Assembly (NCBI GenBank): GCA_043228905.1
Contig: JBHGNT010000011.1
Coordinates: 13,950,001-14,014,000 of the forward strand
Source of the DNA: Azolla caroliniana
Taxonomy: Eukaryota > Plantae > Polypodiophyta
Direction of reading: 5' to 3'
Length of the DNA: 64,000 nucleotides
Shown here: in pieces, positions 24,635-38,454 of the stretch
How positions within the stretch are numbered: position 1 is the first letter of the stretch
How the letters are laid out: each line of letters opens with the position of its first letter
The notes under the pieces: generated by a model
Told to the model about the DNA's origin: nothing
Database searches by the model: none
Seen by the model: the letters and a program-made list of their open reading frames with translations, nothing else
Position numbers and translations under genes: made by a program

Positions 24635-25267
24635 TATCGTGAAGAAAACCGGCCATAGGCGGAATCGGAGAGAAAGCGCGCGAACCGGCCCCTACACGGA
24701 TGGATGCGTGACTATATACTTTGTACACGAACCGATGGATGTGACTACTATCCCACGCGCATTTATTAGAGGGGATTGTGCGTATCCCAGAGAGGGGATA
24801 GGGAATAAAAGGAAGAAGAGAAGAGAAAAATGGGTATCGCGCGCGAGGGAGAAGGGGGGAAGGGCTACTGCAGAAGGGAAGCCGAGCTCTCTCTCTATTC
24901 CTCGAGCCGTCGTTCTCTGTGGATCCGTAGCCTCCTATGGGAGTGCGTTGCCTCTGCTTCGTGGATAGCCCGTGTGCTTCCAGCAGAGTCACTCCCTTTT
25001 CCCTTTGTTTCTTGGAGTCGGGTGACTGTCGTCGGGGTGCGTGAGTAGGGTCCCCGTGTCGGGTCCGTCGCCGCCTCATCAGCTGTAACTGTCAGGGTTT
25101 TGTAATCTCTGTCATTATAATTAAGTGTTACGTCTCGTTTCTCTCTTCCTCGCTTCTACGTGTCGGTGAATCTTTCTCTCTCTATATATATCTCTCTCTC
25201 TCGCTCCTCGGTCCAGGACCCCCGTGGTCCCGCCCCTTTCTACGCGTACGCGCGTAACAACGCGACA
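24635..25267 (+). mobile_element. Solo LTR of the Gypsy-A family
   Basis: TATCGTGAAGAAAACC...AACAACGCGACA; 4-bp TSD CCGC; removal restores the Copia-B frame from zinc knuckle to protease. Confidence 0.9.
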
Positions 25268-25427
25268 CCGCTCTCTGAGCTTTGTCAGTTTTTGCTTTGA
25301 GTGCCCGACAGTCAGCTTTGATGTGTCCTGGTTTCTTGCAGTAGTTGCAGATTCAGTTGTCCCAGGACTTGCTCCGGCTTCACTGATTGTTCGGCGGTCG
25401 GGAAGAACGTCTTCCCCGGTTGTTCAA

Positions 25428-26386
25428 TGATAGGAATACACGCTCCCAATGAACAACACTCGGCCACAACCAAGCCTAGAATCAAACACAAAAAACGGGT
25501 AATGAACGCACGACACATTGAAGAGAAGAGTACACAGGATGTTAACGTGGAAAACCCAAACTAGGGAAAAACCACGGCAGCCCACAGACTGCAAATTATC
25601 ACTATATCACAATGTACAATAGTACATTGTGATATAGTGATAGGAATACACGCTCCCAATGAACAACACTCGGCCACAACCAAGCCTAGAATCAAACACA
25701 AAAAACGGGTAATGAACGCACGACACATTGAAGAGAAGAGTACACAGGATGTTAACGTGGAAAACCCAAACTAGGGAAAAACCACGGCAGCCCACAGACT
25801 GCAAATTATCACTATATCACAATGTACAATAGTAAAGCACCAAGGCAACGACCTCGAGCTTGCTATCTTCGCCACAGGCGGCGGTTACAATAGAGGCAAC
25901 GACCTCTTCCTCTCTCTCTCTCTCTCTCTCTGTACACAGTTACGCACTCAAATCTTGCACCAACAAGAATGACAACTACAATACCACTAAGTTTGCCCTA
26001 AGTCATATTTATACTAATATGACTTTTTGGCTATTTACAAACATAGCCCCGATGGACTCTCAGAAAACATATTTACGAATATGTCCCTTCATCCGATGAG
26101 TACTTCTCACCGGGCCTTCACCATCCAGCTCTTGTTGGGTACTCGTCATCCGGTTCTCACCGGGTCTTCCGTAGCTGGGTACTCCACATCCAGTTCTCAC
26201 CGGGTCTTCCGTTGCCGGGTACTCCACATTCGGTTCTCACCGGGTCTTCCGTTGCCGGGTACTCGTCATCCGTTTCTCACCAGGTCTTCCTTGCCGGGTA
26301 CACCACATCCGGTTTCGGCCTCGGCCGAGTTTGCTCATCAACATTGTTCTTCTCACTTCCCATCCGAAGGGACCTATTTCCTAACA
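25428..26386 (-). mobile_element. Solo LTR of a Copia-A relative with a 197-bp terminal tandem duplication
   Basis: Collinear with 122-763; TG...CA; TSD TTCAA/TTCGA; 25428-25624 is repeated at 25638-25834. Confidence 0.9.
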
Positions 26387-27019
26387 TTCGATTGGTCGGT
26401 CGAACCTTGTACTACGTAAGCTTCATCTGTCGATTCTTTGGCAAAAGAATTTCTCTGAGCTGCTTCAGTCAAGATTGCGCTCGTGATTTCGGAGTACTTA
26501 ATGGCAGTTGTTGAAGCATTGCACACGGTTGTGACGAAAGTTTCCCAAGAAGAGGGGAGACTACTCATGAGTATCATTGCTCTGAGTTCAATGTAGTCAC
26601 GCATTGTTTCCTTCAATTCTTTCTTAAGCTTCGTCAATTGGGTTCCATTTTGTTTTTTTACCTATCAAAGTTGGTGATGACCACCTCCTTGTTTGCAATG
26701 CTTCATTTAGGAGGGTTTCGAACCACATTTTGACCTGGACATCGAGAGTGAGCGCAAAAGCAACTAGCTACCTTGTGAGCGGCTCATAAAACTATGTAAT
26801 TTGTTTGAAACTACAAGATCAACTTACTTGACACTTTCACTACTATTGTTGATCAATCATGGTCTACGGGTGATGATTTGTTCCTCCTTCTCCATTAGGG
26901 ATACTAGCATTTGTATTGACTTGGGAGTTGTGGACAGCTATAAGTTGGGTTGGGCAATGAGGTTTGGATTTTCATTGATAGTACATCCCATAGTTGATGT
27001 AAAAGTTCTTCAAATAACT

Positions 27020-27075
27020 TGTAAAGAATCGGATATGATTCTTGTGAAGCGGAAGAGATGTGAGTTATGTGTGTG

Positions 27076-27113
<38 letters not shown>

Positions 27114-30100
27114 AATAATACACAAAGAATACGCAAGGTAGATTATATTAACAAAGGAGAAAGACTTAACATGATATAAGGTGGGAGGAGGGTGGTTTAT
27201 ATAGTCACCCTCTCTCTTCATTAACTACAAGACTCATGGAACATGGGGAATGTGAAAGCTCATAAGTTATGTGTCGTAAAATATGATTCTATTACTCATA
27301 CTAAATGCTAGAATACAAAGTGGTGACATAATGGTGACTCTTGACCATTGGAGTGTCTATTCACTCTCAAGGTGAGTTCACACACTAGACCAAGTTGAGC
27401 TTAATTCTCAACACGCCCCCTCAAGCTCAAGTCGGGTCGGTTTCAGACGGTATCCGAAATCCACTTCGACTCGTGTTCCGGAGTCCGCGTCGACTCGCAT
27501 TTATGCGGAGTTGCGGAATCCGTGCTCCAGCTTGCGTTGTGCATAGTTGCGAAGTCTGTGCTTCGGCTTGTGTCTTTCTTCGTGACTTTGTGCGGTAGAT
27601 CGGCTCTTCGCGGCTTCGTTGCGCAGTTGCATAATCCACGTGTTATTGCATAGTGTACGCGGTTTGCGGAATCCACGCGTTATTGCGTAATGTCTTCAGT
27701 ACTCCCCCTCAAGCTTGGCAGGTCACGGATCGTCAATCCGAGATCGGTCATGAATTGCCATAGCTTGTCAGCTCCTAAGGCTTTAGTGAAGATGTCGGTC
27801 GTTTGAAGATTGGTGCTAATGTGTTGTAGGTCAACATCGCCAGCTAGAACGCGCTCTCGGATGAAGTGATACTACACTTCAATGTGCTTTGTCCGCGCGT
27901 GGAACACCAGATTCCGAGCCAAATAGATATTGCTCATGTTGTCATAGTAAAGGAAAGTCGGGTCCTTGATGGGTACGCCCAGATCCTTGAGTATCCTTTT
28001 GAGCCATACGGCTTCACATGCGGCCACTGTCGCGCCCCTGTATTCTGCCTCTGTGCTCGAAAGAGCGACGGTTGGTTGTTTTTTGCTGCTCCAGGATATT
28101 GCTCCACTACCAAGGAAGAAAACAAATCCGGAGGTTGATCTTCTATCGGCTTTGTAGTCGGCCCAATCGGCATCGGTGTACCCCTCGAGTCATATTGGCA
28201 TCGCGGTCTTGTAGAGGATGTCGCAATCCATTGTGCCGCTCATGTATCGTAGAATTCGCTTGGCGCAATCCAAGAGAGTATCATGCGGTGTTTGCATGAA
28301 TTGGCTAAGGAGACCGACCAGATAACTGAGATTGGGTAGTGTGATCGTGAGGTAGATGAGACTCCCAATGAGTTGCCGATACTGAGTCGGCTCACATGCT
28401 TTGGTGCCGGAGTTTGCATCCAGTTTGAGATTGCGATCGAGCGGGGTTGCCGCGGATTTGCACTCAACCATCCCGAACTTGTACAGTAAGTTGAGGATGT
28501 AGTGCCGTTGAGAGATCATGATTCCGGCCGGAGTTCGAATGACCTTGATGCCGAGGAATAGTGGAGCTCCTTCATGTCCGTCATCTCGAACTTGTCAGAA
28601 AGGAGGGATTTGACCTTATTGATTTCGATGAGATGCTCACCTCCAATGACTAGGTCATCCACATATAAGATGATGACGATCGAACTTGCGGAATCGCTTC
28701 GTATGTAGAGGGAGTTGTCCGATTTTGACATACAGAAGCCGATTTGATAAAGATATTGCGTTATCTTCGAATGTCAAGCACGTGGTGCTTGCTTGAGGCC
28801 ATAGAGTGGCCTCTTGAGTCAGCATACAGCTTTCGGATGGGTGCTCGAGTTGAAGTCGAGTGGTTGTATCATGTACACCTCTTCTAATTCGCCTTGTAGA
28901 AAGGCGTTCTTGACGTCCATTTGATGGAGGTGCCACCCTTTCACCGCGGCAAGCGCAATTACAGTCTGCACCGTTTTCATCTTTGCCACCGAGGCAAAGG
29001 TCTCCTCATAGTCAACTCCGTACGTTTGGGCGTAGCCTTTCGCTACGAGTCGCGCTTTGTAGCAGTTGACGGAACCATCGGCGTTGTACTTCACTTTGTA
29101 AATCCATCTGCATCTGATCCCACGTCTCGTTCTTGCGTGGTGCCTGCATCTCCTCGTTCATGGCTTCGATCCATCGCGGATCCTTGGCTGCTTCGGAAAA
29201 TGTTTCTGGTTCACGTATTGTCGCCACCTTCATCATAAAAGCATAGTGATATGCCATGTAGTCATTGTAGCCGAATCGGCTGATCGGATTCTTTTCACGG
29301 GTGGAGCGATGGAGCTTTTCATTTGCAGAGATGAGGGCTTTCTTAGCTCCGATTGGTACATCAAAGCCGTCGAACTCACTGTCGAGTGAGTGAGTCGACT
29401 CATCGTCGTCGAAGCGATTGTCTGCGTATTCCGCCATTTTCGCCTTGCCTTTATCCATCTTCGAGCTAGGCCGTGATGTGCTTTGATCGCTCAAAGGCTC
29501 TTGTGGTCCACTCAGTCGGGTCGTGATCGGACTTTCTTCGAACATGCGCGTAAGGCGCTCTTCATCCTCTATCTCTTGTTTGGCGGATTCCGGGTCGAGC
29601 GAAGTCGGAGTCGAGATTTTCTCTCGTGCGTACCAGCATGCGGACTTGTCAAAAACGACGTCTCGACTTACTCGAGATTTTTGATTTGAGGGGTTGTAGC
29701 ACTTGTACCCCTTTTGCTCCAATGAGTATCCCACGAGGATACATTTCTCCGATTTCGGGTCAAGCTTTTGACGCTTCTCGTCGGGGATGTGCACGTACGC
29801 TATCGCGCCAAATATGCGGATGTGCGATAAGTACGGCTTCTTTCCGAAGTATTTTTCGTGCGGAGTGACCTCGTGCACGCCTGATGTTGTGCACTGGTTC
29901 ATTAGGTAAACGGTCGTATTTGCAGCTTCGGCCCAATATCACTTAGGCATATGCTTCTCCTTCATCATGGCCCGCGCTACTTCGAGGATGTGCCGATTTT
30001 TGCGCTCGGCTACCCCGTTTTGTTGCGGAGTGCGTCGGCAAGTGAATTCTCGCTGAATTCCTTCCTTTCGGCGATACGTCGTGAAAACGTCCGAGAAGTA

Positions 30101-32425
30101 CTCCTTGCTGCCATCCGATCGGAGACATCGTACATGTCGGCCCGTGGCTTTCTCACCTTCATTCTCGAATTTTTGGAAGTGTTCGAACACTTCACTCTTT
30201 TGCCGCATCGGATAGATCCAAGTGTGCCTAGAAAAGTCATCAATGAAGAGCACATAATATCGACATCTGCCGAATGTAGCCGTCTACGCCGGTCCCCATA
30301 CGTCGGAATGGACTACGTCGAGTAGACCTTTGCTCACGTTCCGCTCTTTCGGGAATGGGTGTCGGTGTTGCTTGCCGAATTGGCATGTTTCGCATACACC
30401 TTCAATCTCCTTCTCTTTGAATGTCAGGAGTTCGATGACGACTCCTTTCGTTTTCATTGCTTTGAGTTTGTTGAGATTGATGTGGCCGATTCGCTTATGC
30501 CATAGCTCTATGTCGGAGTCGGCTTTCGTGCTTTTCGCGAACATGGCGGATTTCATCTCGTGTGAATCGAGAATGAACATCCGGCCCTCTCTTCTTCCGC
30601 GTGCGATGATTCGACCTTCTTTTTCGATGAAGCACCCTTCTTGGTCGAATCGTACTTGCATCCCTTGCTCAACCATTTGGCCGATCGAGACCAAATTCTT
30701 CGTGATGGAGGGAACATGCAAGAAATTTTTAATGTATGTTTGCTTACCTCTTTCGCCGAACAGAACATTACTGATGTGCCGAATCGGGTGCGTAGTGTCA
30801 TCTCCGGTTTCGACATAACCGGGTCGCTTCGGCTCTCGAAGTTCGAGAAACCATTCTTTATGGGATGTCATATGGTTTGACGCTCCGGAGTCAACAAACC
30901 ATACGTCCTCCGAATTGAGGGCACTAGTTGAGGTAGAGGCCGACATAGAGTTTGCTCTATGTTTCATCATGAACATTTCGCCACGGTTGGAGTTGCGTGC
31001 ATACATTTCGCCACGATCTTCGTAGTCGGAGTTGTTCCCATACATTCCGCTATACTCTTCGTAGTCGGAATTGTGCACATAATTCATGAGTTGTCAGCTT
31101 GTGGAAGCCGATTCACGCATCTTCTTTCGGCACTCTTCTTCGTGGTGGCCGAGCTTTCCGCAATATCCGCATTCGGTTGCGTTTTGAAGGCTCGGGCCAG
31201 AGTGGAAGCTCCCCCTTCTTGCGAAGGTTCCTCGTTGGCTTTCGTTTTGCGGCCGAAATTGGGAGTTGTTATCGTAGGTCGGACCTCGTCCGCCTTGTCC
31301 TTGGCCGAATCGGCCTCTCGACCGTCCACTTCCTCTTCCTCCATTCAAGTGCGTGTAGAGCATGTGGCCTTCCGACTCATTGCTCCTTGTACGCACGTGG
31401 TTTTCTTCCCGTGCTAGAACGGCGGTTTGCATCGCGCCGAACCGTGGTGCGAGGCCGCCGAGGCATATTTAAACCATCTCATCATCATCGATATTTACGC
31501 TTATTGAGCTGAGCGAATTGCAAAGCTCCTTGATCTTCGAGGTGTATGTCGTAATGGACATGTCCCTTTGTTGAATGTTGTTCAACTCTTGGAGTTGAAG
31601 CCTTCTTACAGTTGTGTTCGCCGCGAAAATCTTTCGTAGATTTTCCCATGCCTCCTTCGACGTCTTGGCTTCGCGAATGTAGCCAAGCATGTGATCGTGA
31701 ACACATGTTGCCAAGCAATACATCACACGACTTGCAGTTTGCTCCCATGTCGCGTATCCGGGAGCCGCTTCAACGAGTCGGTCTTCATGCGCTCCTTTGA
31801 TGTAGCTCCAATAGCCTTGTCCAACAAGGTATTGGTGCATCTTGTACTCCCAAGATGCGAAGTTGTTTCGATCCAACTTCTCGGTAGGGATTTCGCTCCC
31901 CATTTGAGTATTCATTATGTTGATTCTTCTTCTTCTTCTTCTCTCTTTGAATGTGAGCTATGTAGCGAAGCTACGATAACGATGAGATGATTCTTGGTCA
32001 TCGGCGTGGAGCACAACACACGATCACAATGAGGCAAATGGATCGAGCTACCAAATCGCTCTGATACCATGTAAAGAATCGGATATGATTCTTGTGAAGT
32101 GGTAGAAATGTGAGTTATGTGTGTGTATGAGAGAGAGTGTGTGTGTGAGTGAGGAAGACAAGGAATAATACACAAAGAATACGCAAGGTAGATTATATTA
32201 ACAAAGGAGAAAGACTTAACATGATACAAGGTGGGAGGAGGGTGGTTTATATAGTCACCCTCTCTCTTCATTAACTACAAGACTCATGGAGCATGGGGAA
32301 TGTGAAAATTTATACTAAATGCTAGAATACAAAGTGGTGACATAATGGTGACTCTTGACCATTAGTGTCTATTCACTCTCAAGGTGAGTTCACACAATAG
32401 ACCAAGTTGAGCTTGATTCTCAACA
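27020..32425 (-). mobile_element. Full-length but decayed Ty1/copia element (Ale-like; Copia-D)
   Basis: LTRs 27020-27413 and 32070-32425; perfect TSD TAACT; PBS TGGTATCAGAGC (32058-32069); PPT 27414-27425. Gag, CGYCGKLGHHEEEC, WFVDSGASNH, integrase, ILYVDDL and RNase H are broken by frameshifts and stops. Confidence 0.96.
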
Positions 32426-35115
32426 TAACTTTACATTGATGGAGTGCTAGAAGGTAATTTTGCGTGAGGATGTGAATTTGACCTATTTTTTGGAGGATTT
32501 TCCTCCTATTGTCCTTTTAGCTAACGTTCAATGTGCATAAGTCTTTTGTTGAGTGCCTCACATGTTAACTTAAGTTCCAATATAACAGCTCCTATTTTTT
32601 GCAATCATGGCCTCAAACCTTCCACCTTTTAACAATTGGACGAACCATATCTTAATTCCTTTCTCAAGAAGCTTGAGTTCCTCATGGATGTCTAGTAGGT
32701 CATGGGGGTACATACATGGTAACATACATTCAAATCTAACTATCTTTGTAATCCTAGCATTGCGTGAACAAGTGGACAACTAATTTGGTAAAGAAAATTA
32801 TGATCCTTCACAGAAATACTTGCACACATCCTATTTTGACAAGCTCATTTGACCATGATTCATCCAGAAATGGTGGCTTTATGAATCTCTCATCGTCTTC
32901 ACATAGGCAACACAATTAAGCAAGAACCATTATTATTTGTCACGTTTGTCTCATGTCCTTCCTTAATGTCATAGTTTAAATTAATTTGGTAAATGAATTC
33001 ATGATTCTTCAGGAAAATACTTTACATACGATATTTTGACAAGCTCATCCATGCAAAATGCATCTAGTAATGGTGGCTTAAGGATAATCATGTAATGAGC
33101 AGTACCTTTTCTTGGTAAAGGAATGGTGAAATTTGCTCTAGAACCACAATATCATATCTTTTGGTGAAGGAATGGTTCTAGAGCAAATTTCCCAACCATA
33201 GTACCCAGATATGCAATATTTATTGTGGATGAGAAGTAGAGTATAGAAACCAGAAATTTTACTCTCCATGAATATATGTACTTCCTACATCTTAACCAAT
33301 AAAACCTCTTGTTGAGCATACAAATAGACCTTTTCATAATCTGTACTCCATGAATTACAGTTTATGATCTCCTAGCCTCCTATACCATACCACATCATCA
33401 ATTTGGCGAGAATTCGTTAGTTTAGATGTTTCACCATCAGAGTCATTGTAATGACTAAAATTCAGATGAGAACAAATGGGTGCAAGAATGAAGAGATTTT
33501 ACTCGTGGGTGCCATGCCATCTTCTCCGGTACTCCATTGCTGCTGCACTTTCCCCTCAAAACCACAGAAATAGGAATGCTCACAAGGTGGGTCTTTGAGG
33601 AAAGGAAGATAAAAGAGTTCATATCTGATTATGCCACTTCTTCCAAACCCATCTTCCATAATGGCCTAGAACCACTTTGAATTTGTAATGTTAAGTTCAA
33701 TATGAGGACCCTTCTTGGGCTTTTGTCGACTTGAGGCATCTCATAATGTTCTAGCACTTGCTAGTACAGCAATCAACATTTGGTTGGGCAGGCAAACAAG
33801 CAAGAAAAGCAAGCAGATATCAAGGTTCTCCAATATATCTGATATTCTAAAAAATACCCAAAAGTCAAGAAAGCAGTGCACGCACAGGGGTAAACATTTC
33901 CTTATGAATCTTTGGCAGAGGTCTTCTACACAGAAAAAAGAATTAAACCTTTGAACAAAAACTGATACAAAATCTTATTCTGTTTCCGGCGCCTCCCACC
34001 AGCCAAATAGCATGGCAGAAGCACAAGTAGGAGTAGAAGCTGCGAAAGAACTTTGCAATTTATCCTAGTGGGCTAGCACCTATCTAATCAGAAAATATGC
34101 ATCTAATCAAGCGTAGCAGTCAAGGTCACTACATGACCACAGATCTTTCTCACACCATCTATAGTGAAGGGGAGTTCGATTTGCAATTGAAAGGACGAGA
34201 ACCAATCTCTTTCCAAAAGGTTAAACTCGATGACAGCAGATATACATTACTTCTCGAAAATAACACAAACAATTGTGGCAATATTCCCAAACACATTTAA
34301 AAATAAAAAGGGAAGCAAAGTACAACAAAGATGAATGTGCAAAAATTCAATATTCAAAAAACGAAGTTGTTAAACTAATCTGCACTTTCAAAAATTCAAT
34401 TAAGAAGTTTAATAATCTGTCTTTGGAATGTCTATGTAAATGTGCAAACATTTCATCCAAGCACTTGCAGCTTATAACGCAATGCATGAATGTGTGTAGG
34501 ATTACTTGACACAAAATGGTAGCATTAAATTTTACTGTGCAAATTTAAAATAAGGACTTCTAAGCTACAAAGACAAATACGAAGGTGTCAAAAAGATTTA
34601 TGGAGGTAAACAACGTAAGAAAGATCATTTTCTTTGTAACATTACTTGAATTGGGAGTGAATGACCAATCTTCTCTCACACATCAATATTGCAAAATGGT
34701 AGAATACATGAGTGGATGAGAAGTAGAGTACATGAGAGTAACACACAAAATACGAACGAGTTAAATATGCCACACTTTTATGCATTGGACTTCTACCATT
34801 ACAAGTTCCTTGAACCTATATAGGTGATGCTCCACCTCCTGAATGTGGCTCGACACTGCACACATTCCCTAATGTATGTTTCACATTCACTTCCTACCCA
34901 ATAGCTCATATAATCAAATTTGATCATATGAAGGCCTTCACATCATAGGAGGTGCTCCATTAATCAACAGATTTAACATCAACAGAATTAGATTTTAGGC
35001 TGATGATCTTTGATGCACATAATGAAGTTTAGGGCCTCATTTCCTAAAGAAGAGAAATGTATCATGTGTCTATGGGCTTCGCATGATACTGATGAGGTAT
35101 TCAAAAAAAGCATAC

Positions 35116-35149
35116 CATTTACACTCGTGTCGTTTGAAGAAACGGCCAA
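35116..35149 (-). CDS. Candidate small downstream exon of the host gene carrying the stop codon
   Basis: CTGCAG acceptor and GTATGC donor; in phase gives ...IIPQSWPFLQTTRV*. An alternative acceptor near 35243 exists. Confidence 0.4.
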
Positions 35150-35366
35150 CTGCAGAAGATATTAGTATGTAACCAATAATCCCCGAAAGTAGTTCACTTA
35201 GTATCACCCTCAACAATGGTATTCAATCGAATTTCTACTTCCTGCAGCACACTGACAGATGTGTTGTTTGCAGTATAAATAAATGAAGATGATAAAGTTC
35301 CATATAACTCTGGATAATGATCTATTACTATAATTTTAAATGGCTTCACTCCATAAATTACCTTAC

Positions 35367-36871
35367 CTCTGTGGAATGATGTCAAGACTTTTGGCTATGT
35401 CCAAAACTATTCTTTCTTGCGAGAGGGATTCAGAAAAGCCATAGCATGATTGAAGACTCGAAGCTTGGAACCCCGTCTGTAAATAGCCAAGTTCTTCTAT
35501 ATTTAATGCAACAGAAGAATGTCGTGACACTTTTTGGAGTAAGCATCCAATCAATATATAAACAGCTTTTGCAACTTCATCAGAAAGCTGATTGATATCA
35601 CACTCTATCTCCTTTTGCATTACTGTGTTTTCTTCAATTTCCATTTCTTCTGTATTAACATGAACTCTTGTATCATCAAGTAGTAAAGGGCTCTGACCTT
35701 CTAGGTTACTTTTTTCACAGTTTGTATGGTCAACATTCATACCGGAAAGTCTAGATTCCATGTTATGGTCCTGAAAAACTTCATAGGATTCCCAAATGAG
35801 ATTCCGAAATTCAGCGCTTACATCCAATATGGCATCTAGTTCTGCCCTTAGTCTTTCCTTCATTTGACTCTCCTTGTATTCCCAAGGCCTTCCACCCATG
35901 TTTTCAGCCTCCATATTTTCAGCCTTCCAGCCATCATTGATCATAGAAAGCGCCTTTGAAACATCATCTGGAATATCTATTCCATCATATATACAGTGAA
36001 CAGAGGCAATCAGCCAAATCTGAATCTCATAAATGTATCGACTTTTCGTTTTCTGTGTCTGTTCAAGTCCAATCATGCCATAAATCCTCGATAAATCTTC
36101 TTTCCCCATATGTTTTAATCGTAAAAATGCTGATTCATATGTTTTTTCTAAAGAGCACTGTTTAGGTGACAAAGGTGATAACTGTTCTTTGAGGTTACCA
36201 TCATCACCATACAAAATTCTAGCTGATAAGCTAATAAGCTGAAGTACTTTCTCCACGCACGACGGTAAAGGATCCCCCTCTTCCAAGCTTCCTAAGAGTT
36301 CTTTTAAATTACGTTGCACTCTCTTTAATATCTTTGATTGACACAACTGCTGAATAGGCAATTTTGAAACCCTATGTTTATATATGGGAAGAAGTTTGTA
36401 AACCTCAACGATTACAGAGGAAGGGAATTTATCAATATGTTTGAATGTTTCCAAGGCTGCAGCAAAAATTGATGGTGGCATTCGAGAGAAAGGTTTGATA
36501 TCAAGATTAGTGAATTGATAAGCATGACAATATGAATTGGGACGTCGCAAGATAGTTGCCACAATTAATAGCCGATCACTGTGTATAGTGGAAGCTAATA
36601 TTGATTTTGCCAATTCTTTCTTAAGCTCACGCTCAACAAGAGATCTATGTGTAGAAGCAAGATGGTTCCCAGTTAGGGCAGCTAATATGGCCTTCAAAGA
36701 TCTCATATTTAGACTAGAAAACAATATTGGGGACATCTTTAAAAGATCTAAATCAGGCAAATCAAGAATCGTGCTTAATGAAATATCAGGCGATTTCATA
36801 CTGCCTTCTTTATGATGTCCATATAGTAGAGTGACACTATCCTCAACAATTGTTCTGACAGCAGCAATATC
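35367..36871 (-). CDS. Large coding exon (about 501 codons) of a host gene; plant-specific uncharacterised protein
   Basis: Stop-free 504-aa frame in AT-rich DNA with a TGCAG acceptor before 36871 and an AG|GTAAG donor after 35367; no TE motifs. LEEGDPL, IPDDVSKALSMIN, LDAILDVSA...LIWE and DEVAKAVYILIGCLL resemble, from memory, PANTHER PTHR36071 (unverified). Confidence 0.8.
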
Positions 36872-38129
36872 CTGCACATGAATAGATTATGTGAGCGAAT
36901 CATGGACCAAGGGTTACTGAAAAAGGGTAGCTAACATATACATTGTCTGAACTCAAGATACTTTGCCATCTTTATTGAATATTCTCTTTTAAGTAAGTAT
37001 GCCTCAAAGCAGCCCCAGCATATGAAACTATAACGTTGGCTAAAAAGCCACTTCCCATGATCTTGATGTTGAGAAATGACATATAAGAACAGAAACCACA
37101 CGAGAAATATGACTCTTCAAATTTTAATATGACTCAGAGTGTGACCTTCATTGACTGCTTTAACTGCTAAGATATATCTTCGTAACACCGAACCAACAGT
37201 TTGACCTTACAAGGTATGAATAAAATATATAAAGAACCACAAGGGAGAGTGAAAAGGGAAGAGGGGGGAATTATAATTATGGTGGAAGTAAACAAATGAA
37301 TGGGGCACTATCTCACTAGAGTTGGTTGATTTTGTAGCATATACCCATACCAAGGATGGTGTTCCTGGTTTGCAAGAATTTCCATGAAATTTTAGCAAAA
37401 GATTACTCCATGTATTTGGCATTGGAGGCATATTCAATTTCTATATGGCTGAAATAGCTGTCTATATATGTTGAAAAAGACAGTGGAAATTTCTATGAGC
37501 CATATCTTCCAATTTTACAGTGTAAACATACATACCTATCTATCTCTATCTTTTATTTGTATATACACCATTTTGGGACAAGAGAGATGACTTCTCTTTC
37601 ATTTTATAATATTGGGTCTACACATTAGTGATAAAGTCATATTAATAACAACCCATATACCAGGGTTGAAGATTCAAATCTGAAAAATTTACTACATGAC
37701 TGCGGAATCTATGGGTTGAACACATGACCTTCAGGTCAAAGCTTCTTTCTCTGGCTTTTGGTTTCATGGTTTACACTGTGGCATCAAAAAGATAACTTAG
37801 GAGATTTCATGTCATGGCCCAGCCCCATCCAATAGACCATATTCAGTCTGCTGTGAATGTTACTAATCTTTCTATTTATCTCTCCAAAAGCAGTACATGC
37901 AAAGTATATGCATCTAAAACGACTTATGAAGTAAGACATTCGACTCATTGTGTCGGTCGACAGTGACAACATAAAGGTTATGACATCATGAAAAAGAAGG
38001 AAAGTAGTGCAGTATACAGCACTGGAAGAGTGATGATAATCACAGACTGACAATGGACGTGATAGTTTGTGACTTATGAGACTGCCCCAAAGATCATGAT
38101 TTGGATTGTGAGTGTGGTCTATCATACAT

Positions 38130-38428
38130 ATGCAGGCATCTTTGAGAAAACACTCAAAGACAGAAACTTCAATGTACACAATGACACATCAATATAAATG
38201 GGCGTGAGGTGACCATCATCAACCATGCATTATAGGACTTACTAAAGGCTCAATAGGTGGGAGCAGTTTTATACACATGCAAGCATCTTTGAAAAAACAT
38301 TCAAAGACACAAACACTTCCATGTACACAAAGACAACTCAAATATAAATGGGAGTCGGTCTATCATCCTCAACCATGCACAATAGGGCTTAGTAGAGGCT
38401 CAATAGTTGGGAGCCGTTTTATCAAACA
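38130..38428. repeat. Diverged tandem duplication, about 146-bp unit (third partial copy at about 39075-39150)
   Basis: Repeated GCATCTTTGA.AAAACA.TCAAAGACA...TATAAATGGG...GGCTCAATAG.TGGGAGC. Confidence 0.75.
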
Positions 38429-38454
38429 AAAACTGCAAAGTTTGGCCAAAGTGG

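Larger units (their letters stand above)
21394..26591 (-). mobile_element. Decayed Ty1/copia internal region (Copia-B), own LTRs not found
   Basis: Gag (LMSSLPSSWETFV), CNYCKKPGHIKADC, WLLDSSASYH, integrase (HSDVCGP, TDNGGEF), RT and RNase H (STTEAEY, SKHIDV). Two nested solo LTRs. Confidence 0.92.

Noticed and set aside
25074-25083. CTGATGAG hammerhead-core-like motif (retrozyme idea), also near 35089
   Set aside because: No properly placed GAAA or supporting stems; not conserved in the related LTR 7931-8637; none seen in the mini-element LTRs by eye.
26592-32780. Flanks of Copia-D (26592-27019 and 32431-32780) look like decayed coding sequence
   Set aside because: No recognisable motif; cannot be assigned without a homology search.
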